Source: a virus (Duplodnaviria; Caudoviricetes). From it: 64,000 nt of DNA. The notes beneath the pieces were generated by a model. The model was not told where the DNA came from. It searched no databases and was given only the letters and a program-made list of their open reading frames with translations. The translations under genes were made by a program, and so were the position numbers. This document shows, piece by piece, positions 1-8,868 of this stretch. How positions within the stretch are numbered: position 1 is the first letter of the stretch; the number at the start of each line of letters is the position of its first letter. Location: positions 32,001-96,000 of IMG/VR virus record IMGVR_UViG_3300028284_000003; one strand, written 5' to 3'.

Positions 1-1932
1 TTTTGCAGCATCGAATTCTTTTGAATATCTGCTTGCAGATCCACCTTTGCTTGATCTACGTATTTCGTCTCTTAGCTTTAATAAACCTGCTTCTTCTTTA
101 CTTGTTTTAAGTTTAGGTGCAGCTTCATTTATAAAACTTTCTAATGTTTGTAAATTTTTCATAGTATTTTCTTTCGATTCGTCTTTAGTAACCTTAATCT
201 TTTCTTCTAGTTTTTCAGCACTAGCCTCTTCAATATACTCTCCAAGTTCTGGATCGTCCCATCCATCAGGAGATGCTAAAACTGCTTGTAGATCTTCTCT
301 TGAACCTGTTAGCTCAACTTCTGGCCAACCACTTGGTCCACTAGGATCTAAAACTTTCATTGTAACTTTATGTTTCTTTAAAAGTTTTTTAAGTATCTTT
401 GATTTAGGATCCATTGCATCCATAACTACAGTAGCTTCATTTATAAAACTTTCTAATGTTTGTAAATTTTTCATAGTATTTTCTTTCGCTTCGTTAAATT
501 GTTTTGCATATTTTTTATAAGTAGATTTATTTCCAAAAGCGTCAATAGCATCTACCATACTGTAATGGTCTCCATCATAATACTCATCTGCAAGTTTTCT
601 TCCCCATTTACTGTTTAAGAAATTATATGCAGAATCTTGTGTAAAGTTATGAGATCCTATTAAATAATTCATTGCATCTTCAAATGCTATTTCAATAGAA
701 TCTTCTTCTTCGTAGTTTGACATAGTTCCCCAAAAGCCATACTCAGTATTTATCATATCTATGTCAATTGCTTCACTAACATATTCTTTCATGAAACTTT
801 TTATTTTTGATTTTGGAGCTTTTCCTAAAATAATGTCTCTTAATTCATATTTATTAATAACTCCTTGTCTTATTGCATTTGCTACTAATTTAATATCAAG
901 ATTATGATTTGATAAAAATTCTTCAGTTGTTCCTGTTCCTACATTAGATGCAAGTCTATGTAATGAATATGCATCATCGGATAAAGACTCATTAATTTTA
1001 TATTTTCTAAGAAGTGCATGATAAGTTTTTTCTTCTGAGCTTGTCATTTGATGTATTGTACCATCTTCTTTTCTTTTTAAGATTTTATCTAAATGTCTTT
1101 TATTTAAATCTCCACCTTGTTCAGCGTCTATTGCATCTTCTAAACTTGCAACTTCAATCTTTTCATTCATAGACTCTTTAACTACCATATAATCTTTAAT
1201 ATCATATAATGCTCCATCAAAATCTACATTCATGCTTCCACTAGGAAAAACTCTTTCAACTGTACCTACAATATCATTTTGTCTAATTTTACCTAAACTT
1301 CTTGAATAATCATTTGAAATTCCAGGAGTTCTACCTCTATTCATTTGTTGAAGTCCTTTAAGAGTTAATTTAACCTTGTCTCCTTCTTTAAATTCTGATT
1401 TCTTTTCGTCTATAGATTCAGTAGAAAGTTCTTCATCATCATCTTCATCATCATCCTTTTCAACTTCAATATCATAGTCTCCATCGATTTCTATTTTAAT
1501 TTCATCTTCGGTTTGTAAAGTTGCATTTTTATCTAACTGTTGAATGTGATCGTCAACCACTTTTTGTGCAGCTGTTTTTTCGTCATTTAGTTTTTTAAGC
1601 TCCTGTAGTTTCTCTTCTTGCTTTTCAGTTTTACCAGCATCTCTTGCAGCTGCCCACTCTTTAACTACTTTTTTAAGATCATTTGTGATTTGCGCAACAT
1701 CATTAAGTGCTTTATCTAATTGCTTACGAGTAACTTTCTTTTCTGCTAACATTTGCAAACTTTCCATACATTGCATTTGCCATTGAGTACCTAAATAATA
1801 AGCAGTGTATTCTTCCTTTGTTAAACCATGGATCTGTGCATTCATTTCTACATAGTCTTCCCACTCACTAGAATGTTGAATGGCTAAGCCATTGACCAAA
1901 GTAACCATTTCTAAAGTTAATAAAGTTTCCAT
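1..1932 (-). CDS. Large modular putative virion-internal polyprotein (>=644 aa, runs off the left edge; not in ORF track)
   Basis: Read manually: ATG at 1932 (METLLTLEMV...), open to base 1 (...RYSKEFDAAK). Modules are separated by (I/L/M/V)-x-E motifs, with two copies of KENTMKNLQTLESFINEA. Late-promoter motif at 1959-1967. Confidence 0.85.
   Translation of the reverse strand, partial: METLLTLEMVTLVNGLAIQHSSEWEDYVEMNAQIHGLTKEEYTAYYLGTQWQMQCMESLQMLAEKKVTRKQLDKALNDVAQITNDLKKVVKEWAAARDAGKTEKQEEKLQELKKLNDEKTAAQKVVDDHIQQLDKNATLQTEDEIKIEIDGDYDIEVEKDDDEDDDEELSTESIDEKKSEFKEGDKVKLTLKGLQQMNRGRTPGISNDYSRSLGKIRQNDIVGTVERVFPSGSMNVDFDGALYDIKDYMVVKESMNEKIEVASLEDAIDAEQGGDLNKRHLDKILKRKEDGTIHQMTSSEEKTYHALLRKYKINESLSDDAYSLHRLASNVGTGTTEEFLSNHNLDIKLVANAIRQGVINKYELRDIILGKAPKSKIKSFMKEYVSEAIDIDMINTEYGFWGTMSNYEEEDSIEIAFEDAMNYLIGSHNFTQDSAYNFLNSKWGRKLADEYYDGDHYSMVDAIDAFGNKSTYKKYAKQFNEAKENTMKNLQTLESFINEATVVMDAMDPKSKILKKLLKKHKVTMKVLDPSGPSGWPEVELTGSREDLQAVLASPDGWDDPELGEYIEEASAEKLEEKIKVTKDESKENTMKNLQTLESFINEAAPKLKTSKEEAGLLKLRDEIRRSSKGGSASRYSKEFDAAK
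121..488. repeat. 56-bp perfect direct repeat (121-176 and 433-488) inside the polyprotein gene
   Basis: agcttcatttataaaactttctaatgtttgtaaatttttcatagtattttctttcg occurs twice, 312 bp apart, in frame. Confidence 0.95.
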
Positions 1933-2245
1933 TAATTATTATAATTTTTTCTATTTAGTTATATATCTTTATTATATTTATTCCTGAGGTATTCTTGATG
2001 TGCTTTTCTTTTCATACCATTTATAAAAAACCAACTACATTTAAGATCAAACCATTTTTCTATTTTTTTAAAAAAATTCATGAGTAACTGTTATAGTAAG
2101 AGTATCTTATTGAAAGTAATTTTTTAGCAATATTAAACTCTTTGATTTTATTTAATTTTAAACCATATTCTTTAGCGATTGATATTAAGACTGGCTCTAC
2201 TTCTAAGATTGTCATTTTTCCTATCATGTTATTTATATGAGAAAA

Positions 2246-2449
2246 TTACCTTTTGTTTTTTTCTTTATATCCCCATGGATGAATAAAAAGTCCATTATAT
2301 TTTTTTATCCATGATAATTGCTCTCCTCCTTTTGTGGTTTTAATTAAACGAGTTATTCTACTTTTCTGTTCTAATTGTTTGTTAAATGATTTTGTTAGTA
2401 TTTTTACGAATAATTCTTGAGGTGTATATTGATCTAAAACTATTACCAT
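2246..2449 (-). CDS. hypothetical protein
   Basis: 67-aa ORF coupled to the upstream gene. Confidence 0.55.
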   Translation of the reverse strand: MVIVLDQYTPQELFVKILTKSFNKQLEQKSRITRLIKTTKGGEQLSWIKKYNGLFIHPWGYKEKNKR

Positions 2450-2820
2450 AAAATCATACCTGAATCTCTAGCCAATTCTTTACCGTACATGTTGCTTTTC
2501 CAAAGAATTGGTTTTACATACTTTATTAGTTTACCGATGTCTTTTAATTCATCTAAGGTATCTGGCTCTTCATAATGATAGAATATTGCACGATCTGAAT
2601 AATCTACTCTCTTATTTGTAAGTTGTTCTTTAATTATTTTAAAAGAGTCAATATAATTACTAAGATCTATATAGAGCCTTTCATTATGTAATAGCCAAGG
2701 TGAAAACTCTAATTCAAGGTATTTTGCATCCACTTTCATCAAATAAGAGAGCATGGTATATTTTTTAAATTCAAAATCTATCGGTGTATCTGTAAAGAAA
2801 TGGAATTCTATTACATCCAT
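2443..2820 (-). CDS. hypothetical protein resembling a conserved Bacteroidota family
   Basis: IDFEFKKYTMLSYL motif recalled from Bacteroidota hypothetical proteins (unverified). Confidence 0.6.
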   Translation of the reverse strand: MDVIEFHFFTDTPIDFEFKKYTMLSYLMKVDAKYLELEFSPWLLHNERLYIDLSNYIDSFKIIKEQLTNKRVDYSDRAIFYHYEEPDTLDELKDIGKLIKYVKPILWKSNMYGKELARDSGMILW

Positions 2821-3182
2821 TATTTAGGTTCTCTGAGAAAAGTGTCTCTATATTTAAAGTTTCTGTTTCTACCACTGTTTGGCTTAAAGCCAAAGCTTTT
2901 GTAGAATTTTTTAAGTCTACCAAGATTACTACCAAACTCATCAACTGGAGTAACTCCAACTGTCTTTCCTTCTCGGTCAGCGCGGGTGACTAACATGTTC
3001 ATTATATCACTACCAAGCCCCTCGTTTCTAAATTGCGGTTTAATTATTATCTGATCTAAATAAATGCTGTCTGTGTCCTCGAATATCCACAGCGAGTTAA
3101 TCTTATCGCCATATAACATATCAATCTCTTTCATTAAAGGAGACTTCTTCTGAAACTCATCATATGACTTTATATTTCTCAT
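2820..3182 (-). CDS. GNAT-family acetyltransferase
   Basis: IIIKPQFRNEGLGS acetyl-CoA motif A and LKKFYKSFGF motif B; leader MRNIKSYDEF. Confidence 0.8.
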   Translation of the reverse strand: MRNIKSYDEFQKKSPLMKEIDMLYGDKINSLWIFEDTDSIYLDQIIIKPQFRNEGLGSDIMNMLVTRADREGKTVGVTPVDEFGSNLGRLKKFYKSFGFKPNSGRNRNFKYRDTFLREPK

Positions 3183-4330
3183 AACAACTCTCTAAACTTC
3201 TCTGCTTCTATTTCTCTAATCTTTTGTGCAACTTCAGGCCCTTTAACACCAAAGTCTTTCATTACAGTTCTACCATCAGTTGATGGCTTATATTTTAGGA
3301 AGGCTTTAACCATCCTTGTATTTAATCTGTTTAAACGACTCCAATCTAGGATAGTTCTTTTATCTATATCTGTTGTTTGATATTTTTTGTAGAGTTCAAA
3401 TATTTCTTCTGGTTTAATATCCAGTAAATTCTTTAAAAATACAACGGTGTCTATTTCTTCATTTGAAAATGTAAGTTTATTTAATCTTTTCTTAATTGTG
3501 TCAACTTCATTATCTCTAAAAAGTGTTGCAATTTGAATCATCCAATTTTTATTATCAATAAATGTCTTATTAATATTAATATCTGGAAACATTACTCCCC
3601 ATAATTTAAACTCCTCAACCATTTCTAAATATTTTTTAGTTGACTTTGCCGAAATTACTGACTTTTTAAATTCATCTCTAATTCTTTCACTACTTATATC
3701 CTTTAAAGAATTATCGGATATTATAGCCTCAGCGGTATTCTTTTCTAATTTACTTCCTGTGCGGCCTGCAAATCTTAAGGCTCTTAGTTTTCTTAGGGGA
3801 TCTTCATCAAACCTCTCTTGAGCTCTTCCGACTGTTCTAATAGTATTACTTTGAATATCTGCAACTCCTCCAACCAGGTCAACTACCTTTTGTTTATCAA
3901 TATCATAAAATAAAGCGTTGATAGTTAAATCTCTCCTTAATACATCTTTATCAATTGTTGAGTATTCGACAGCATCAGGTCTTCGACCTTTACCAATATC
4001 TTCTCTAAATGTAGCAATTTCCATACCCTCTTTAAAACTTGGAGTCTTTGCAATAACAACTCCAAATTGTTGACCAACTTCTCCGACTGTATCAAACCCT
4101 CCAGACTTTAATATATCTATAACTTCACCTGGCTTAGCATCTGTTGCTAAATCAAAATCTTTAGGTTTTTGACCAAGAAGAGCATCTCTAACAGCTCCAC
4201 CTACAATATACAATTCCTTCTTATTTTTCTTAAAAAGTTTATGTAAATCTTTAACATCTCTAGGGACATATAAATTTAAACTCTGTTGAGCTTCTAAAAG
4301 CAATATGAATTGAGACATTGGTTTAATCAT
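3179..4330 (-). CDS. cca: Class II CCA-adding tRNA nucleotidyltransferase
   Basis: GGAVRD..DFD, RRDLTINAL, EDPLRKLRALRF and SERIRDEF motifs; flexible loop present; no HD domain. Confidence 0.93.
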   Translation of the reverse strand: MIKPMSQFILLLEAQQSLNLYVPRDVKDLHKLFKKNKKELYIVGGAVRDALLGQKPKDFDLATDAKPGEVIDILKSGGFDTVGEVGQQFGVVIAKTPSFKEGMEIATFREDIGKGRRPDAVEYSTIDKDVLRRDLTINALFYDIDKQKVVDLVGGVADIQSNTIRTVGRAQERFDEDPLRKLRALRFAGRTGSKLEKNTAEAIISDNSLKDISSERIRDEFKKSVISAKSTKKYLEMVEEFKLWGVMFPDININKTFIDNKNWMIQIATLFRDNEVDTIKKRLNKLTFSNEEIDTVVFLKNLLDIKPEEIFELYKKYQTTDIDKRTILDWSRLNRLNTRMVKAFLKYKPSTDGRTVMKDFGVKGPEVAQKIREIEAEKFRELL

Positions 4331-4346
4331 GTTTTATATATTTATT

Positions 4347-4410
4347 AAATATAATCATTTCGAACGACATAAAAAAATCTAGAGGCACTTATTTTCAATA
4401 GTTATTAACA
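4347..4410 (-). promoter_or_regulatory. degenerate copy of the early-promoter repeat upstream of cca
   Basis: gacataaaaaaatctagaggca...gttattaaca is shared with the copy at 22706-22781. Confidence 0.55.
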
Positions 4411-4428
4411 GAGATTTTATTAAAATCA

Positions 4429-5010
4429 TTATCCTCTGTTTTTAAATGCCTTTATCGTTGATATGTTTATTCCATCATATTCTTTTTCTAACTCTTTTAC
4501 TAACCTTAAGTTATTATCATCGTCATCATAAAATTGAAGATCATGAAAGCCTTGATTTATAATTTCTCTAAATGCTTGTTTTTTTCTTTCTGCAATATCT
4601 CCTTTAAATCTATGTATTGGGTCATTGACTGCAAATATTAAATCACTATCTATTGGTGTTTTTAAATAATTTTTTAACCACTTATAAATCATTTTTTTAT
4701 TATCCCTTGCCGTGACTATACCTATTGCTATTTTTCTTCTATAAGCTTCTTGTAATATTTTAAAATAATAATTAATAAGCTTACCTGCTTTCATTATTTC
4801 AAGACTCTTAAATTCCTCGAAACTTAGGATTTGATGTGGTTTTTTTTGAAAGGTATTAAACTCTTCTGGAGTAATAGAAAACGTTTCACCGGTCAATTTA
4901 TTCTTAACTTGAATTTTGGCTGGCGTAACAACGATAGTATCATCTAAGTCAAAGACTAAGATCTTTCCCATCTTATAGGGCTTCGCTTCATATAACTCTG
5001 TTGGACTCAT
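4429..5010 (-). CDS. HAD-superfamily phosphatase (possible RNA-end healing)
   Basis: FDLDDT motif I, VTAR motif II, conserved K, FYDDD motif IV. Confidence 0.8.
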   Translation of the reverse strand: MSPTELYEAKPYKMGKILVFDLDDTIVVTPAKIQVKNKLTGETFSITPEEFNTFQKKPHQILSFEEFKSLEIMKAGKLINYYFKILQEAYRRKIAIGIVTARDNKKMIYKWLKNYLKTPIDSDLIFAVNDPIHRFKGDIAERKKQAFREIINQGFHDLQFYDDDDNNLRLVKELEKEYDGINISTIKAFKNRG

Positions 5011-5029
5011 AACAGATTATATATCTTTA

Positions 5030-5293
5030 TTACTTTTTAGTGAGTGCGAGAAATGTATAAGCGTTACAATAAATAATTGACATAAGAATAATAGTTGCAT
5101 AAACTATTGAGTTTTCTATCTCTCCTTTAAGCGCCACTGTAAAAATACCTAGAAAGAAAAGTTTAACACCTAAACTTCCATAGGCTAAGCCCATGCCGAT
5201 TTGTGTAAATCTTTTTGAAAGTTGAATAATAATTCTTGTAATTAAGACTAAAAATATTGAGGCTAAAAGGCCATAAACTATTGAATTTATCAT
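5030..5293 (-). CDS. small membrane protein (about 3 TM)
   Basis: hydrophobic segments; late motif at 5318-5326. Confidence 0.6.
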   Translation of the reverse strand: MINSIVYGLLASIFLVLITRIIIQLSKRFTQIGMGLAYGSLGVKLFFLGIFTVALKGEIENSIVYATIILMSIIYCNAYTFLALTKK

Positions 5294-5381
5294 GATGCTT
5301 ATTTATAATTGTTGCATCTATATATCACCTCTTTACAAAAGGTTTATGTTCTTAGGACATTAATTTACTTTTGTTCAATCT

Positions 5382-5711
5382 TTAATAATCTTCATCAAGA
5401 TCATCATTACTTGGAATATACTTTGGTAATTCTTTTTCAATTTCTAATTTCCATAAAAGATAGTTTGGAACTATAAATTTTCTTTCATGTTTTGGAACAT
5501 AAAATGTAGTTTTAGTAATAGTTTGTCTTGTAATTCTTGCCTGCTTATATCCTTTAATAAAAACAATATCATCTACGTTGAAGTCATTACCCCATAAAAA
5601 TTGAATGCCCATAAAAAAATTCTGAATTGTTTCTTTAAATGCAAAGCCAAGAAATGCAGAAATTGCTAAAACTCCCCATTCACCAATATACGTATATATT
5701 TCCTCTTTCAT
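5382..5711 (-). CDS. minimal MscS-like mechanosensitive channel protein
   Basis: GFAFKETIQNFFMG..FNVDDIV..IVPN matches the MscS TM3 plus beta-domain pattern. Confidence 0.65.
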   Translation of the reverse strand: MKEEIYTYIGEWGVLAISAFLGFAFKETIQNFFMGIQFLWGNDFNVDDIVFIKGYKQARITRQTITKTTFYVPKHERKFIVPNYLLWKLEIEKELPKYIPSNDDLDEDY

Positions 5712-5995
5712 TAATCTTCATCTTGTATTTTTCTAAGCTCTTCCTTTAATTCAAAAAGTCTCCATTCATAATCAAAAAGTTCTTCTCTTGGAATTCTACC
5801 TGCTTTAAATGCCTTTTTAGCAGCAACATACTCTCTTTCTAATTTTCTAATACTTTTATTAAGGTCATTAAGTAGAGGGTCTATTACATGCTTATTTTCT
5901 AGTTGAGAAGAATGTACACCTGTGTGCTTTCCTGGTTCTACTACCATTAAATTAAATTCTGAAAATAATTGTAAAAATCTTTCTATTTTTTTCAT
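5711..5995 (-). CDS. hypothetical protein
   Basis: 94-aa coupled ORF. Confidence 0.6.
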   Translation of the reverse strand: MKKIERFLQLFSEFNLMVVEPGKHTGVHSSQLENKHVIDPLLNDLNKSIRKLEREYVAAKKAFKAGRIPREELFDYEWRLFELKEELRKIQDED

Positions 5996-6013
5996 AAATT
6001 AAAAATTAGTGAT

Positions 6014-6610
6014 TTATTTATTATATATTTGATATTTTTCATAGTCTTTATAAATAGGGTCTATATTTGGAAAATAGTATTCATAAACAGATGAACCATT
6101 ATCTAAAATTATAGTTTTATAAAAACCAGAAGGTACAATTGCCCCTGTGTTTAGTCTTTTACTTCCTTCTCCAAATGCAACTTTAATCTGTACTGTAACT
6201 TTATTATATTGACTTGCCAATTCTCGTTCTAGCTTTTCTAGTTCCTTCCAAACACCTCTATTTAAACTATAATATTGTAATGCACAATTTAAATAATTAA
6301 AAGTCTCTTTAATCATTGGATATGTGCAGTTTTGACTCGCTGCTGGCACTAAATGCCCTCTATCCCATGGATTTTTATAATAATCTCCATTGTCTGAAGT
6401 ATGAATTTTTTTATCTCTAAAAAATTTAATACCTGTCCTAGATTCTCCATAATCACAATGATATACTTCATACTCTATATAAAGAGGTTGTTCAAATACT
6501 TCACTGTAAAATCCCCAGTAATACTCTTTTTCAAACTTGATCCTTTTAGATTTTTGTGAAAATACACTTAAAGTAAAAAGTAAGATTAATAACGTACTAA
6601 GCCTCTTCAT
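6014..6610 (-). CDS. Exported DNA/RNA non-specific endonuclease (NucA/Serratia type)
   Basis: WDRGHLVPA and LNRGVWKELE motifs; N-terminal Sec-type signal peptide. Confidence 0.88.
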   Translation of the reverse strand: MKRLSTLLILLFTLSVFSQKSKRIKFEKEYYWGFYSEVFEQPLYIEYEVYHCDYGESRTGIKFFRDKKIHTSDNGDYYKNPWDRGHLVPAASQNCTYPMIKETFNYLNCALQYYSLNRGVWKELEKLERELASQYNKVTVQIKVAFGEGSKRLNTGAIVPSGFYKTIILDNGSSVYEYYFPNIDPIYKDYEKYQIYNK

Positions 6611-6797
6611 TATATTTTACCATTTCTAAAGCCCTTGCAACTAATACTGCATCATTAACTGTTAATATCCCATGCTTCTGTGCTATTGTAGCAGTTTGTG
6701 CTAATACACCAACTGCTTGATTAATTGTCATTTCCTGTGCTTGTTTAAAAGTAGTAGACTGTTCTATTACAGACCCTGTTGTTTCTTTTTTTGCCAT
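6597..6797 (-). CDS. hypothetical protein
   Basis: 66-aa ORF behind a middle-promoter motif. Confidence 0.6.
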   Translation of the reverse strand: MAKKETTGSVIEQSTTFKQAQEMTINQAVGVLAQTATIAQKHGILTVNDAVLVARALEMVKYNEEA

Positions 6798-6816
6798 TTT
6801 TATTTATATTTAAATA

Positions 6817-6842
6817 TTATATTACTTAAAATATAAAAGTTT
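6817..6842 (-). promoter_or_regulatory. middle promoter AAAC-N16-ATATAA
   Basis: exact motif and spacing, one of 12 copies found. Confidence 0.7.
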
Positions 6843-7734
6843 ATAAATTTTTAATTAATTGTATTAATTCAGGTTGCGGAAATACATCGCTTTTATCTTT
6901 TCTAAAATTAGTGTGATTTAATAGACCGTATATTCTTCCTTCAGTTGCTGGTAAATTTAGATCAAATGCATTCACTCCTTGATTTATCCAATTTTGCATA
7001 CCTATTTTTAAATCTATTCCATGTGTTTCTGACAAATATTTTAATAAAGCTTCAAGAGACTTAAGTTGTTCGTTTGAGTATCTATGAAAAGCCTTATATC
7101 CTCTAAATGGGTTTTTTAAAATACACACTTGTGATTCTTCAACTAAAGCTCCAAACCAAGTGTACCAATTGCCATTTTTTTCTTTTAATCCACCTGCACT
7201 GCAAATTTCTATACTTAAAGAGTGTCTTTTTAAATACATTGTTGAGCCATATCCAATATGCCACCCATAATATTCATCATCAATTGCTCTAATTATTTTT
7301 CCATCATGGTTATTATTTCTACCATCTATTGAAACTCCTCCAATAACATAATTAGTTCCTACTCTACCTCTATTATCAGTAGACCAATGATCTATAACTT
7401 TATATGGATTTTCTCTCCCGGCTGTATGATGTAAAACAATATATTGTTTACTCGTAGGATCTTTAACATATTGCCCTTCTGGTAAGTGATATGTCTCTAT
7501 CCAATTTCCATAGGATTGCCTATCAGTATCTAAACTATATTCTATTGGATTATATTGTAATGCTTTCCAAGTTCTAGGTCCAACTATTCCATCACTGGGT
7601 ATTTTATTTCTTCTTTGAAAAGACGCTACAGAACCTTTAGTTTGATTTCCAAATATTCCATCAACTGGTTTAAGTCCTAAAAGGTCTTGTAAAATTTTAA
7701 CGTATTCTCCAGTGCTTCCTATTTTTAATATCAT
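6841..7734 (-). CDS. Endolysin: PG-binding domain plus N-acetylmuramoyl-L-alanine amidase (Amidase_2)
   Basis: DGIFG..T..FQ..DGIVGPRTW PG-binding domain; IVLHHTAG, SIEIC and H..KSD amidase motifs. Confidence 0.9.
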   Translation of the reverse strand: MILKIGSTGEYVKILQDLLGLKPVDGIFGNQTKGSVASFQRRNKIPSDGIVGPRTWKALQYNPIEYSLDTDRQSYGNWIETYHLPEGQYVKDPTSKQYIVLHHTAGRENPYKVIDHWSTDNRGRVGTNYVIGGVSIDGRNNNHDGKIIRAIDDEYYGWHIGYGSTMYLKRHSLSIEICSAGGLKEKNGNWYTWFGALVEESQVCILKNPFRGYKAFHRYSNEQLKSLEALLKYLSETHGIDLKIGMQNWINQGVNAFDLNLPATEGRIYGLLNHTNFRKDKSDVFPQPELIQLIKNL

Positions 7735-8834
7735 TTTTTATTTTTATTTTTTAAAAAATTATTTCTTTGAGCCTTTTCGTTTTCTTTAGTAGCTTTATTT
7801 AAAAGTTTTTCAATATCGTCTTCCTCATCTAATTCCTCTACTTCTGTTAGTTTTTCTGCTGACATTTTTAAATTATCATTAGGTTCCGGATAATCTTCAT
7901 CATCATAGTCCTCACCATACCATTGTGAACCTTCACTTCCCCATTCATCTTCTTCATCTTCTTCGTGCAGAATATCATCAACGTGTTCAGAAAAGGCTTT
8001 ATCTTCAATCCATTCCTTTTGTTTTTTCTTAAGTCTTTCAAATGCAAAGTTAGCTGCAATTACCAATGCAATTGCAAGTGGATCAAATACAAATATTATA
8101 ATTAATAAAAGAACATTAATAATTTTATCCATTGGAACTCCTGTAACACTTGCTAAATATTTTAAAGGGCCAAGTTCACCTGCACTACCGTCTCCTATTT
8201 TTGCTTCAACTATTTCAGATTCAAAATTAAACAGTTTTTCATTTAATACATCTACCTTTTCATTAATAACATCTTGTCGACCTATAGCCTGGTCAAGTTG
8301 TTTTTCTAAAGCCTTTCTTGTTCTGCTTGAAGTTGATGTAATAATTTGACCAGTTTCCTTATCTCTCCACTGTACTTTATTATTTGAAAGTCCTTTTCTT
8401 AATTCTGCAACTGCCTCATCAATATTAGATTTTTCTTCAGTATAGACATCTAATTGACCTTGTACATTATCTCTCTTAGTTTCTATTAAAGTAATTTGTG
8501 CATCTCTATTACCTTCTTTATTTGCAGTTTCTTGATATGCCGCACTTAAGAATCCATAAATACCCATTGATGTTATTAATACTAAAACAAAACATGCTAT
8601 TGTTAAATAATACTTAAGCGCTTTTGGAATTGTATTTCTATATTGATATAATAATGATGCGATAACCAGTTTAGCAACCTCAAGACTACCTGCCATAATT
8701 ATGACTGCGAAACTTGCACCTGCAAAAAGTTTACTTAAACCACTGACTGAATAAAATGCTGCAGAGGCACTTACAGATAGTGCAGTTAATGCTATTAAGA
8801 AAGGAAATAACCTTTCAGATAAATTTTTAAACAT
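7731..8834 (-). CDS. conserved T4-like phage membrane protein with coiled-coil
   Basis: 3 N-terminal TM helices, coiled-coil, GPLKY..IFVFDPLA TM, acidic tail. Confidence 0.7.
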   Translation of the reverse strand: MFKNLSERLFPFLIALTALSVSASAAFYSVSGLSKLFAGASFAVIIMAGSLEVAKLVIASLLYQYRNTIPKALKYYLTIACFVLVLITSMGIYGFLSAAYQETANKEGNRDAQITLIETKRDNVQGQLDVYTEEKSNIDEAVAELRKGLSNNKVQWRDKETGQIITSTSSRTRKALEKQLDQAIGRQDVINEKVDVLNEKLFNFESEIVEAKIGDGSAGELGPLKYLASVTGVPMDKIINVLLLIIIFVFDPLAIALVIAANFAFERLKKKQKEWIEDKAFSEHVDDILHEEDEEDEWGSEGSQWYGEDYDDEDYPEPNDNLKMSAEKLTEVEELDEEDDIEKLLNKATKENEKAQRNNFLKNKNKK

Positions 8835-8868
8835 GTCTTTAAGTTTTTTTATAGGATTATATATCCTC

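Noticed and set aside
47..520. 157-aa plus-strand ORF with an internal repeat
   Set aside because: Antisense shadow of the real minus-strand polyprotein; the repeat makes sense only in the minus frame
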